Positions 1 to 27,227 of a DNA stretch of 64,000 bases are shown piece after piece. Position 1 is the stretch's first letter. Every line of letters starts with the position of its first letter. This DNA is from Obrimoposthia wandeli (Eukaryota), in NCBI GenBank assembly GCA_977020255.1, contig CDROCS010003621.1:372001-436000 (forward strand), written 5' to 3'. The notes below the pieces were generated by a model. That model saw only the letters and a program-made list of their open reading frames with translations. It did no database searches and had not been told where the DNA came from. The position numbers were made by a program, and so were the translations under genes.

Positions 1-1348
1 TTGGGATACTCGGGTGAGATTTATCTACTCGTCGATGAATGGAGTCCTCTTCATCCTCCTCCTCCTCCTGAGTCGACGGTACATCATCACTGAAGAGCTT
101 CTCGTCGGAGTCGGGTATGAAAACAGTCTCTGATTGAAACAACGGGATTATCTTCAATTGACATTGGCGTTTGATGTCCACCTCGAAATTGTCAAAGAGA
201 TAGCTCCTCTTCCTCGTTGGTGTCTCTAACGGTAACATTGTTGCTTGTGCCGAAGTTGACGGATGAGCAGAGGCCTCTGCATTCCGCTGGTGATTACAGT
301 ATTCTCAATTTTCAATCGAATCCTGACTAGTCAGATAGATATAATAGGATCTATGTACGCCTTCTTTCGCTGCCATTGATTGTTCTCTCGGATTCGAGTT
401 GGCGAGAGGTTCGTCCAGCTCCATTAGCTCTTGACTTGCTACTCTGATTGGTTCTTCTTCTCCTTCGCTCACCACTGTAGAGTCTTGACTAAGCAAGTAA
501 TGGAATTGGTGCTGTACTGGAGAGAGATCTCCATATCGTCGTCTAGGTCAACTTTGTTGTAGAAAGTCATTTTCGATTTAAGAAAAATAATGAAAAGAAG
601 TCTCTTTCTATAGACAAACATTAGACTAACCCTCTTTTATCGTCCAATGAGAGTGTGCTATTCAAGTAATTTATTTGAAAATTCGTAGTATTTTCTAAAG
701 TTTTTGACTATCTGTGTGTGTGTATCCTTGGATAGAAAAATAATTTAAATTATTTTTTTCAAAAATTTGATTGTGTTGACTTATAAAACACTTATGCATT
801 ACTTTATATAATTCTTAAAGCCATATATGTGTGTACACATGTAGACAATTGGGTAATTTCAAAAGCTAAATGATAAGCCAAGAATCGTAGGGACCTGCTC
901 AAAATTGTTCTTGATGGAATTCAAGTATCCTATACGCTTAATCTTCTAATTTCAGTTCACCAACTTAACCACTGTACCATACAGTAATTATTCACCTGTA
1001 AGGGTATTCATTAAAACAGGTTTTTGAGAGAGACCGACACCGAATCACTTATAGATGCATTATTTAAAAGCTTGGAAAGGTACTATTATAGGTGAAGCGT
1101 GAAATTTTCGGTGACTGGACACCCTTATAGGTGGGACCCCTTATAGGTGAATAATTACTGTATTTAGCAGCTGAAAAATGTATGTATGTCTCAGGACATG
1201 TATAGATTTTTATACACGTATGTAGTTGAAGTAGTAGAATGAATGTAGACGGTTATATATAGGGAATTTATTTTCACGTACGAACGAGGGGTAATTAGAC
1301 TAGACACACATGGTAACCCCCTGGTTAGACCGGACACATCTACCTAAT
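1..1348. mobile_element. Right end of a second Maverick/Polinton copy (continues left of the window)
   Basis: 1324-1348 (GTTAGACCGGACACATCTACCTAAT) matches the right terminus of the intact element (ATTAGACCGGACACATCCACCTACT, 43709-43733). 1-700 is a degraded homolog of the 41953-42780 gene region, e.g. LSQDSTVVSEGEE and YIYLTSQDSIEN in ORF 305-496. Confidence 0.85.
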
Positions 1349-1404
1349 ATCATGGTGTTTGTGGAAGGGTCAAATATTGATTTGAAAGTTTTTAATGACT
1401 ACTA

Positions 1405-1905
1405 AGTGACTTTGTTTGACTCCCATTACAACGTATTTTCCTATTGTACATGCCCCGTGAGATTTATTTGTACCTACGACAGATATCATTTGTTAAATTA
1501 TTTTATTTCTAATTGCTGGAACTTTGATTTATCTATCTATTCTCAATTTTTCTTTAGCGAAAGCATCTTTACAATTAAAAGCGTCAACTATTACTGGTAT
1601 TTTTTTAATTTGGGTGTTACTATTCAGTTGGGACAATATCCAGTGCACAATTTGTTATGAATGTCTCTACGCGGACTCTACATTCAAAAACTTCAGTATT
1701 TTTAAAGTATGTTTCTTGATATACTTGATATAGTTTTTTATACCTCGTTTAGATCGGTGTCTACACATTGTTGTAAATCCAATAAGATATATTTATTTTG
1801 TATTTTATATTTTGAGCAGTCATATGCTTCTAAAGCATTAATAGGTTTTATTATATTTATAAATAAACAAATTGTAAATATTAATTGAATTATTTTCCAT
1901 AAGTT
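1405..1905 (-). pseudogene. Degraded envelope glycoprotein, chuvirus-G-like (LTR-retroelement env-type)
   Basis: Across frameshifts and stops the minus strand reads LWKIIQLIFTICLFINIIKPINA (signal-peptide-like), LEAYDCS, ILLDLQQC, YQVYQETYFKNTEVFECRVRVETFITNC, VDAFNCKDAF, SVVGTNKSHGACT. This resembles the YDC...SLLD..C...Q....C.......C N-terminus of Jingchuvirales-type glycoproteins. Confidence 0.5.
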
Positions 1906-4900
1906 TTGTATGTTTATGTTGAAATAGCATGTTTGTTTGTTTTAAATTTATTTGTGCCTATTGTTCTTTGTTAGTTTTTTATTGTTTTTGTTTTTTTATT
2001 TTATGTTTGAGTAGTTCGGTTTGTTTTTGAAATTGTATGAGTACCTTTTTCTAATATCAGACAACCGTTTTTAAACATGTCTCCAAATTCAGATTAATTG
2101 TTTGTTTTATTTATTTGTGATTAATTATTTTGATATTGTTGATATATTTCTTTGTAACGATTGTCCATTTCTATAAGCTTTAATTTTAATAATGCAACTT
2201 CGTCCGTATCTGGAGTTTTATCTATATTTTCTATAGTATGTATAGTTGGTAAACGCGAGCACTTATACAGTGTCAACAAGCTTAAGATAAAAACTGTCTG
2301 AATTTTCAGAAGTTATTCTAACCGAAATGGTAGGTCAAGAGCAGTCACCTGCTCAAACTCGCTCTTGATATAATTCAATTATATTATTCACTTATTTCAA
2401 TTCTAGTCTATAACCTAGATTATTGTACTATCTGCCGCAAGTAAACCGATCTTTAGTGGTTGAAAATTGTTTATTTGTATCAGTTGGTCTTTATTAAATA
2501 TATTTTTAAAAATATATATAGATATTGCAATATAATTTTATTAAATGCAACAACAACTAAAAAGACCAGGGGCCAACAATTTTGAGAGTTCATAACAAAT
2601 TTAAAAATAAAATAGCAAAAAATAAAAATGGTAAAAAACAATAATCTGTATAACTTTTCGTAGGAGGCGGCCAGTCACGATGTCCAGTAAAATTGTAATG
2701 TTATCTTATCTCTAAAAACCAGGGTTTTTATATCTTTTTAATTCCTATTTAGTGCCCGGGTCTTTCTGTCGGGGCTTTTGATTTAGATTAGTTTAATCTA
2801 AATGGGGTTTGGTCATTTAGATAATTTGCCCACTTAGGTTCCATCGGGTAACCCGTTAGTAGGTGTGTTTACCTGTTAGTATTGTACAGTTTTATGTACT
2901 TTCCTATACTATAGGACATTTTTACCCAAAGGTGGGATTTTGATGAGTCGTACATTTTTCAATTGGAAATAATTTATGCTTTAAAATGATGTTTTGTTAA
3001 TTTATTCGCAACTTTTAAATGTCTAGAAATTCTTCTTTAAATTTTAATTAATTAAAGTTTTAATTAACAAAAATCACATTTTTTTGAATCTTTCTTGATA
3101 TGAAAGTTGAAAAACTTTCGAGTATACATGAAATAAATTGATATTTCATTACTTATCTATGTATAGTTCAGATTTTGATCTAAGGTCTTTCTTTAAAAAG
3201 TTATTCGTAAAATGGTGAATTTAATACAAAATCATTTTAATATTTTAAAACTATTATTCTTTATTGTGGGTCACTACATAACATTTTAATAAGTATTTTG
3301 GTATAAACTTTATTCATAATTTAAGCAATTGTTATTTATTTGCATAAATTTTTTTTAAGGATAGTAATTTAAATATTAGCTATTTTAATGTTCTTTTAAA
3401 TATAATTCTAACAAATCAGTTTGAAAAAATTCTAGACATAAATAGACTTTTACACAATCATTAAATTTCCCTCCAGACGCACATAGATTGGGATGTATTA
3501 GACCAAATACATCAACTTATTCATTAGATATTATATAAAAATGATTAATTAAAGAATGAGTTTATCTTGATATATGGTTCTACTAGTAAATTATTTTAGA
3601 TCAAGCTACTGCTATCCACTTTCACATATATTTCGAATCGGTGTTTGTTCTGGATTAGGTGCAGCGATGAAACTAAGTTCTTATCGGGCTGATCTCATCG
3701 AAATGCTTACTACAATGTGAAAATTTGGTTTTTGTGACATGGCTCGTTGCTGTCGCTCTCGCGGCTGTCTGGTTGCTTTCACTATAAAATTTGTTGTTAA
3801 ATTATTGTCTCGTTGATCTGTTATTTTTATCGTTTTTTTCTCTATTTTATTATTTGAAATTTGTTGAATGGATAAACAGCTTTCACTTACGTAAGCATTT
3901 CATGCTTTTGACCGGTATTTTGACTAAAGTTATTTATCTTCTTATGGAAGCCTCTAGTTCGTGAGTTCTTAATGGTATAAAACAACAAACATGTCTGACA
4001 CTGTATATGATCGTGATAGGCTCTATTGTGACTTTTCATATTAGTATTAAGAGTGAGTCAATAGCAAGACACATAATAAGACACTCTTTGATCTAAATCA
4101 TTAGTGACATTCCATCAGAAGTCACGAAGTTTTGAGTTTATTCTATTTAGGCATCACCAACGGTTTGCTAGTAGTGGATGAATTTTTTCTTCTTTGATAA
4201 TTAACCTTTGTTAATTTAAACTATTATATAAATAGATCTTACATATTTGTTAAATATTTCTACAAACTACATAAATAACATTTAATTGAATAACTTAACG
4301 AAAAAGTGATATTAAAGAACAAATGTAAAACGTATATTTCGTACACAAACAAGAAATTTTAATGATGTATATCAATTTATTATTAAATTGAAATGGATAA
4401 CTTTCTATATATCTGATCTAATGAGTTTAATAAATTCTGAATACTTACAATGTAGAATTAAAAGCAGTTGTTTTCTAAAAGTTGAACTAGCGATTTTAGT
4501 TTAACAATTTTGTAATGTTTGTTCTATTGTAAGTTTATTAATTTATATTTTTGTAATATAAATTCATTGAAATTCAATTAGTATTTCTTAATTAGTATCT
4601 CTTAATAAAGTTAAAATTTATTCTACTTTGTGAAAATTGTATAAATTAATTTTTTTTCATAACAAATTTAAAAAAATATTTTGACCGATTAAATAAATGA
4701 TTAAACTTTAAAATATTTTTGAATATTCCATAAACTTTTCAATGATAAATGAAATAATTTTACGCATCTTTAAATTTTCAAATATTTGCCAATTTTCAAA
4801 TTTTGTTTTTATTTAAATTTTTTAGGGATTTTAAATTTTTTCTAAGATTCAGGGCTATATCTTTTAGGTAGTATTTAAAATGTAAAATTTAGCACTCTCA

Positions 4901-6695
4901 TAAATAAACTTTTTTAAGAATTTTAACACAAGCCAATTTTTTATAAATTATGAAATAGACGTATGAGTAGCAAATCAACATTAATAATGATACGTCTTGT
5001 TAGTCCTAATATTAAATCAGATGATTTTGTTTTCTATTGGCAGCAGGTACAATGGTTTATTTATATATTTTTATTATTTGTTAAAAAGAATGCCAAAGTA
5101 GCTAATGAAGAAAACAAGTATATCGTTAACACGATTCACTGGGTTATAGAGGATGTTGAAGAGATGAAGGTAGACAAAGAATTGTTGAGTTGTTTTCATA
5201 AAGTAGATATTAAAAGGTTTGGATTTTGGTTTAATTAAACCTTTTATAATTAAATTCTATACGCAGTTATTCGTCAGTTAAGGAGCTTTCTGAGTTATTC
5301 AACAAAAAGCTCGTGATAATTAAGGATGAAGTAAGTTTTAGTTTATTTAGTGTTAAAAATCATCTGTCATACTTATTTAATTTTTATATTTTCTCATTTT
5401 AGATATATTTATATATACGTCAATTTTGATCTTTAATTTAGAATTAAAATCTTTTATAATAATGCAAAAGTTCATTTATATAAATTAGATAATCATCAGA
5501 GTTGAATATCACCTATATTTATTTAAAAAAAAATTTTGAATCTGAATAAACTTACTAAATGTTTAAGCATTTAAACTTACAAATCAACAATGCTAATTCA
5601 AATTATCGGTGGTAATATAAATTCTTACTGACACAAATAAGGTATTGTAGGTAGTGATGTAGTCTGTATTTTTATTATAGAAAAATATTTAATTTAAGGG
5701 TGATATCTAAAATTTAAAATGATTTTATATGTCAAGAACATTTCGTAGACTTAAATGAAGTTTCTAAAAAATATTATTTTTTACGATGGATGTCTATCTA
5801 AAAGTGATAATGAAGCTATTTTATATTTAATTTAAATTAAATTGTTGGGAAAATGAGGATAATTTTAATGATAAAGATGAAATTAATTAAACTGTGGAAC
5901 ACAAGATGTTTCAACAGTAAATTATTATGCAGAAATAAATTAATTAAAATTTACTGTTTCTTTAAATATAATCTCATTAACTTCGTCAGAATATTATAAT
6001 AGTATATTTTTTTACGTAATTAACATAATGTCCATTTATTGGTATCCTAGACTTCACATTTTTAAATTGTACAAATTTATATTCAATACAAACCAAGTCT
6101 TGGTCTTGCATAATTTATGTAATTTTCCATTACATTTTCTATTAAATATACTGTAAAAACTTATTTATAATTGATGTGGTAACAAGCGTGTTGCAATTTT
6201 TTTCTCCTGATTATATAGTTAAAAGACAAAACCTCATAATTTTTCCTTACGTATATATTTTTGTTGTAAAGTATAATTAATTAATAAGTGTATGTAATTC
6301 GATCTCACATTGGTAATTTTATTATGGTATCCAATATTATGTATTTAAAAATTAACATTACGAAGTTTTATACTGTTAATAATTTTCGTTATAATCATTA
6401 GTATTGAAATTCTTCGAGACTTTCACGTTTGTGATAACGTTATTTTATTAAAAAATCTTTTTAATTATCAAACCTACCATAGAACATATTTATCTTAAAC
6501 ATGGAATTTCATTTAAAAATTAAACTAAACGTTTCAGATTAAAATGTTGGCTAGTGGCATCAAATACAACATTAAAAACAATATTGTGAAATATACAATA
6601 TAGCTGTACTTTTTAACATCTAATACATGAATTAAGAGTAAATACGAGGAGAATAAAACTCAGTAATTAGTTATGTTATCAAAAGAAATTATAAG

Positions 6696-6751
6696 CGCCA
6701 TAGTTCAGTGGTATAATGTATGACCTGCAAGTAGTTCAAATCTTTGTGGTG
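6696..6751 (+). repeat. tRNA-derived (SINE-head-like) fragment
   Basis: A-box-like TAGTTCAGTGG (6701) and B-box GTTCAAATC (6734); ends CGCCATA/TGTGGTG can pair; no intact anticodon arm. Confidence 0.35.
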
Positions 6752-6873
6752 ATGACTATTTTACTCCCAATCCTAATACGATAAATTCATTAGAAAAGTT
6801 TTATTATTTTTGGCAACTATCGTCTGTTCGACAGTTATCTAGCAAAACTTAATCGTTTGACCTTTTCTCACAG

Positions 6874-20864
<13,991 letters not shown>

Positions 20865-21268
20865 CTGATTGGTCCTTCCTCTACACCGAATATGAGTCAT
20901 TCTCCCTACACACCTGATAAATTTTACTAGGACCCTATTTACTATTCTATCCTCACGTTATTTCCAATTATCCATTTACCGATTCTATAATTTTTTAATT
21001 TTTTTTATTTCATAAATCCTTCATTTCGATTATAAATTGGTATATCTATTCTGACTGACTGGCATTTGCTTTCCATGCTACACCAATTCTGGTTTGGTGA
21101 CCGCCCTCCAAACTTTCACAGTACTAGCGATATTGACAATTGTCTACTTCACACGAAGGTTATTGGTTGATCCGTTATCAAAGGCAGCAATTCACAACAA
21201 CCAATGGAGACCAACACTATCCAATTTTAATCTCAGATGTTGAAATTTGTATTTAAATACAAGTATTT

Positions 21269-21274
21269 AATAAA
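21269..21274 (+). terminator. Candidate polyadenylation signal of DOT1L
   Basis: AATAAA about 400 nt after the stop, where the moderately GC-rich 3' region ends. Confidence 0.35.
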
Positions 21275-22479
21275 TATTGTTGTTTGTTACTTTTCATACA
21301 CAGTTTATCAGAATGATGTTTATTTTAAAAATTATCTTTTACCATGAAGTTTTGAATATTTTTTCTTTTTGTCAGAAGCATAAATGAAAATTATTTTGAA
21401 ATTAAAATTTAAATATCCACTTTAGCTATAAAACAGTGAAAAAAAATGTATAGGAAGTATATTAAAACAATTATTTATTTCCATTACTACATGAATAAAT
21501 GATTTATACTCATTTCTTTCCTCTACAAAGCATACGTTCAATGTATTTAATCTATTCGTATGCCAATGCATTTTAGCCAATTTTGAAAAAGTTAATCCTA
21601 CACAAATTTCATAATATTTTTTTTTGTCTTATTCCTTTTTTGAAAATCAGCCAGAAATGGTTGGGTGAGAGATTTGGGCTATGTGGAGGATGACACAACA
21701 TCCTCCTGTTATACTTCAAAAATACTTTGTAATATCAGTGTCAATATATGCTTAAATTTAAACTAATTGCATTTATTTAGATGTGCAGTATTTCAAAATA
21801 AATAATTCGACGACGATTATTTATAGAAAAAATGTTGTAAGGGTTTCTTCGAAATACATAAATATAGCTTCACTTTCTGTTTGTGGATTAAAACCAGCCA
21901 CTGTAACAGATATTGTTTGAAACACTTCGAATAAAAATGATAGGATTTAAGTTGAAATTACATGAACTATTTTAATTGTCATAACACGCAATAGTCACTA
22001 AAATCACGGTGGCTTCTATTCATGAAAAATATGCTCTGAACCGAATCACATTTTCGTCTAAATGCATTTCACAAATTATTAGTCTCCAACACAAGTAATT
22101 AGAGTTTATCAGAAGGATTTTAATGATTGTCGTGTGTTATTTGATAGAGTAAGGTTATGCAAGGAGTGGAATGAATGTTTGGTGAAGGTTGTAAAGAGAG
22201 ATGGTAGAAGGAGATCAGCCATTATTGAGAACAAGAGTCATGTGATCAGAGAAATTGATAAGTTTCAGAATGACAGAAATCCAAATGCAATAAAATATCT
22301 GTTGAAAATTGAAAATATGCAAAATCAACAGTCCATCGAATGCTTCATCAAATTAATTTTAAGCCATACAAGTCTATTAAAGTCAAACAACTTTTAACAC
22401 AATATTATGATAAACAGACAGCATTCACTGAGTAGGCACTACCAAACATATACCTTAGCAAAATTCTGTGAACTGAGAA

Positions 22480-22970
22480 CACCTACTTCAGGTTAACGAG
22501 GAAGGTTTTGCTCCGATATACCAGTAGTTGTTTTGGCTGAAACAATCGCTTCATTCTTCCAAGATATGGTTTGGTGTGGATATTTTAAAGTCTTTTTCTT
22601 TGAAAGAACAGTCGTGGTTACTTTGAGATGCTAAAAGAATATTTAGAAAGAAGAGGTATCTGTCAATAATTATATATCAGCAAGATGGGGCTTCACAGCA
22701 TAACGAAAATAATGTTAAAAACTATTTTGAAGAAACCTTTTCGTCGGGACGTATCATTTGCCGACATTTCTACTAGACTTAACCTGCCCAAACTCCTGAA
22801 TTGAATTTAATAAATTTCGTTTGCTGGTGGTACTTAAAGTCCAAAATTGATGAAAAGAAAATTGACAACTTAAAGCAGCTTAAAGAAGTGATTGACAATT
22901 GTATGAGTGAAATAAATGGGGAGATGTTAGAAAAATGTGATAATTTATATATTCTAACATTAGTTTTTAA
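22480..22970 (+). mobile_element. Tc1/mariner catalytic-domain remnant
   Basis: QQDGASQH and PAQTPELNLINFVCWWYLKSKI correspond to QQDGA.AH...WPP.SPDL.P.DF..WGYLKSKV. Confidence 0.7.
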
Positions 22971-23399
22971 CGTTTTACAATATGAATGAGGAAAAATTTT
23001 AAATATGACTTACAATAGTAAATTGTAACATATGCTTGTATTGTTTTAATTCCTCTTTATACTGTACTAAATCATGTTGTAAAAAATATTTAATCAATGT
23101 TCCACTTTTGAATGGAACTGTATTTAAAAACGGAAAATTTTCATTACAAGATATATTTATGAGTGGTTGACCTGAAGGGCAGTTCAGGAATGCCAACAAT
23201 GCAATGATAAAAATATTTAGAGAATCGTCCATGTGTGTATTTTCGAAACGAGTGAAGGGAAAAACTCAAGGCGAATTTCGTGCAAAGATGTATAATATTA
23301 GTGATATTGAGATCCGGAGTTCTGATATCAACCTAAAAACAATTTCTTATACATGAGTATGTCACTAAGGGGACCCTATACTCAAAAAAATGGTAGTTT

Positions 23400-25300
23400 A
23401 ATCAAAATATTTAAGAAATTACTATGGATTTTCAAATAAGCTATCTGTATATGAAGAAACCTATTTTCATTATTTTTCATAAATCATGTCCTTCTACAAT
23501 AATATCTACTCATGCAAGGAGATGGAGGTGGGGCTGTAGGGAGATCTCTATCCAGTACAGAACCGAACGCAACCACCGTCGCAGTACATCGACTTACTTA
23601 GTCAAGACACGACGGTGGTGAACCAAGAAGTATAAGCATCAGCAAGAAGAGCAGAAGTATGAACAAGAGGAGGAGCAGCAAGTCAAGAGCCGATGAACCT
23701 TGGCGAACCTATCGCCACTTCGACTCAGAGACAAACAGTAGCAAGATGAGGGTATAGTAATCCAAATATATTGACCTGATTAGTCAGGAGTCGATTGAAG
23801 ACTGTACTCCTCGGAAAAATGCAGTAGCTCGTCCATCAACTTCAACAAAAGCAACAAGGATGACGACAAGGAAGATAAGCAACCTCTTTGATAACCTCGA
23901 GATGGGCATCAAACACCCATTTAAGATGATCCAGTTGTATCATCCGGAGACAGTCCTGACTCCTGACTCCAACGAGAACCTCTTCGAAGAACCGGCAGCG
24001 AATGATACGAGTTTCGTTCCAGTGACTCAGGAGGAGGAGGAGGAGGAGGAGGAGGAGGAGGAGGAGGAGGAGGAGGAGGAGGAGGAGAAAGAAGAAGACC
24101 TGACTTATTTCATATATGAATGAGATGGAGAGACTCCTGATCCCCCATGCAATACTGTAGTCCAAGAAATCAGCGACAGTATCATGATTGTTTTTGATGA
24201 GGATGAAGATCTCATTTCTTTACTCGACTAATGGGTCGGTCTCCCTCCAAGTCTCTCAACCAGCAACAACACTCCAGTGTAGAAACGACTCAATCATTGC
24301 TGAGTTGGACGATGAAGAGTGGCGTCTATTCACGGCAGAATGGGACAGTCTTACCACTGGTGATACTTCGACTCTTACTCCGACTCTTACTGCAGACGAA
24401 ACGGTGTCTGATGTATTCAGAAGGCCACAAACTCATTTGAGACGAGGCAGGAAAATAAAGGCGACAAATGATGTAAGATTATTTATTAAAAAAATATATT
24501 TTAAACATAATTTTCTTTAGAAACCTCAACTGAATATGGTCTTGTCGGTGACTTCGGTGGAGAGACTGCTGGAACCGAAGATTATCGCAAACCAATGCAG
24601 CCAGGTGTGTCAAGGACTCAGTTGCAATATCTAGAAAGTTATAATTAATTATTCATGTAAGAAGTCGATCGGGTAGAAGACGTGCTGGAAAAGACTGCTC
24701 CTATATTATCGGTGGACCAGAAACATGCAGTGATGCAAAAGTCCAGGAAGAACAAAATAACAACGAAGACAGTTTGGAGGAAGAAGGCAAAGTTTTTTAA
24801 ATGTATTAAGTTTTTTAATGTATTAATGTTCTTTTAATGCAAGAACCAGATCAGATGCAGCTACTGAATGAGTTGCTTAGAAAGGCTACTGTTATCGCAC
24901 CAAGATGCAAGAAGTGGACAGTGGTGCACAATAAGTAGAGGGCGAGGAAAGTGACCAGTTTCTCCGATCGGAATAACTCATCCTCCCAGCCAGCGTCGCA
25001 TACAGGAGACATTACTGGTGAACTGTACTCCGTCACCACCTGTTATTTAGCAGCCATCTAGACTAAGTCAAAACTTGGCTCGAGCTTGGGAAACTGCTGA
25101 AACATCTCCTCTACCCGTGGTATCAAATAGCCAGAATTTGAAGAGGGCTTAGCTCGATGCCAGGTTGTACGAATTCATGGCAGAGCTGAAAACTCCGCGC
25201 CCACAACCTTCCAAGTATCCTATTTTCAAACGACAACATGATGCAGTGGCACGACAGATGGGTAGTGAGAAGAAGGAGAGAAGGAAGAGAGCACCAAGAA
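23400..25300 (+). pseudogene. Degraded copy of the Maverick right-arm SIM-gene (opposite orientation to the intact element)
   Basis: YIDLLSQD, YIDLISQESIED, NLFDNLE, IIAELDDEEW, IKATND followed by gtaag, all homologous to 40565-42669. 24950-25260 is closely similar to the reverse complement of 51340-51660. Confidence 0.85.
24031..24087 (+). repeat. (GAG)19 microsatellite
   Basis: 19 perfect GAG units (poly-Glu) inside the degraded gene copy. Confidence 0.95.
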
Positions 25301-25359
25301 ATTATTGACTTTGTTCGTCTGATTTTTTCTTATATAAAACCAAAATTACGACAATGTAT

Positions 25360-26046
25360 AACCTTGCGTCAACATGCTAGGAGAACTTAGTTTGTTAACT
25401 GAGACATGGGTACTCTCAGACCCACTCCAAAGTCATGACAAATTTTGTCCGAAAATGTAATTTATTTATCTGAATCTGTGGTAAATTAGAATGTTAATTT
25501 ATAAAAATCGATTTTATATCAGGTACTCTTTTGAGGTACTCTATGATTTAGTTACATACTATTAACGTAAAGTATTAGTTTAGATAATTACATTCATTCA
25601 TTGTTAGAAATGAATATGCAACGGTGATAATCGTTTCTAGAAGCTAAAGAACTCTCGAATGATGACCCTGCAACTATTGAACTATTGAAGACATATTTCC
25701 TGAAAATGATGATGAAGAAGATAATCTACGTGAAGCACAGCATATAAATGATGATTCTGAGAGTAATAATAGCATTGATAGTGACGAAGAATTGCAAGAA
25801 AATCAGTTAGTGTTGATGACAGATAGCTAGAACGATTTGAGCAGTAGTGAAGATGATGATGAAGTAAAAGGTGTTAGACGAGTGGCTGATAATTGGTTTT
25901 CTTCTTTAGCTTTGGTTGATAAGCTGAGAGCCCACCAGACAACGTACTTGGGGACAATGCGGTCAAATAAGCGTGAGCTACTTGCTGCAGTGAAATCATT
26001 GGAAGGTCGTACAAAAGGTGATACTAAGTTCTACTACGAACCCATT
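25360..26046 (+). mobile_element. piggyBac remnant, 5' part (split by the Maverick)
   Basis: Acidic N-terminus and ADNWFSSLAL...YLGTMRSNKRE (piggyBac DNWF/GT.R.NKR motifs); 25394-25423 is an imperfect inverted repeat of 44507-44536. Confidence 0.8.
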
Positions 26047-26421
26047 AGAAGGTGGATGTGTCCGGTCTAATCCACACCCCCCTCCCCCTACTGTCCTTTA
26101 AAACCGTGCATGTGTGTGGAGTAAAATTTCGTGTAGGTGTGTCTCCATTCCACCCAAAGGGGGAAGGAAGGGGGTACCCCCTACTGTCCTTTAAAACCGA
26201 ACATGTGTGTGGAGTGAAAATTCGTGCATGTGTGTGGAGTGAAAATTCGTGTATGTGTGTCTTCATCCCACCCAAAGGGGGAAGGAAGGGGGTACCCCCC
26301 TACTGTCCTTTAAAACCGAACATGTGTGTGGAGTGAAAATTCGTGCATGTGTGTGGAGTGAAAATTCGTGTATGTGTGTCTTCATCCCACCCAAAGGGGA
26401 AAGGAAGGGGGTACCCCCCCC
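26047..26421. repeat. Left TIR plus three tandem units (93, 119 and ~119 bp)
   Basis: Units start CCCCCTACTGTCCTTTAAAACC at 26084, 26177 and 26296 and contain the 25-bp sub-repeat CATGTGTGTGGAGTGAAAATTCGTG. Confidence 0.9.
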
Positions 26422-26687
26422 GCCCACCACATTTTTTTAAAATTTTACCACGAATCTCAAAAGTGGTTAGAGAAGACTACGAGAATCCATATTGACCCCG
26501 GCGGCTTTTCGCAGACGAGATTTCAAATATTACTACTATTTTTAAGAAAGATTTTAGATTAATAAATTACTACATGTTAAATATCTATGTCAGTTTTAGA
26601 ATTTAGAGGAGAAAAATCGGTCAGATCTATATAATTTAGAGGAGAAAAAAACAAAATACGAGACAAAATTATTTTTCAAAATATTTC

Positions 26688-27092
26688 TTAAACATAAAAC
26701 AACATATTGGCTTCACTCAAAGTCCAGAGAGGCTGCATTTTCCCGTCATCAGCAAAATATCCATTGAGACGTATTGAGATATTCCATAGTTCTTCATCTA
26801 GAATTGGAGCAATCAAATATCCTAGATCATCTTTAAAATTCAGACCGGGATCAGTTTCAAGCTAGAAACAATTTCCTTCATATACATAATCAGGATTGTA
26901 AAATCCCAAAATATTTTTCAATTGATCAATATCAGTTGTTGTTAAAATTTCGATGAGATATTTATTCTCCACTTTTGATATTTTCACAGGATTCATAACT
27001 CGTATAATTTGATGCCTCTTTAATATATTACATAGTTTTCCTTTAGAAATTCTTTCTGGATAATAAAAATTTGCTACACATCTCTTATCCAT
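26688..27092 (-). pseudogene. Maverick left-arm gene A, unknown function (one internal TAG at 26862-26864)
   Basis: The frame stays open after the TAG (LETDPGLNFKDDLGYLIAPILDEELWNISIRLNGYFADDGKMQPLWTLSEANMLFYV); a homolog of this part lies at 45579-45818. Confidence 0.7.
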
Positions 27093-27227
27093 TCTAAAAT
27101 AAGGAAATTGATTAAAAACAATGTTTATAAAAAAATACATATGAGATACAAATAAGATACAAATAAAACTGATTATTAAATGAAATAAACATAGTAAAAC
27201 CGATTACAATTTATTACACGCAAAAAG

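Noticed and set aside
1349-6873. DOT1L N-terminal exons
   Set aside because: No segment resembling the first ~88 residues was found by eye; they probably lie left of the window.
23150-23330. Tyrosine-recombinase-like HSFRK...HKY on the minus strand
   Set aside because: Short, interrupted, without the expected LGH motif; too weak to call.
23842-24165. Poly-Leu membrane protein ORF
   Set aside because: Antisense reading of the (GAG)19 tract.
26045-26562. Several 60-95 aa ORFs over the left TIR
   Set aside because: They are translations of the tandem TIR repeats, with repeated peptide blocks and no homology.
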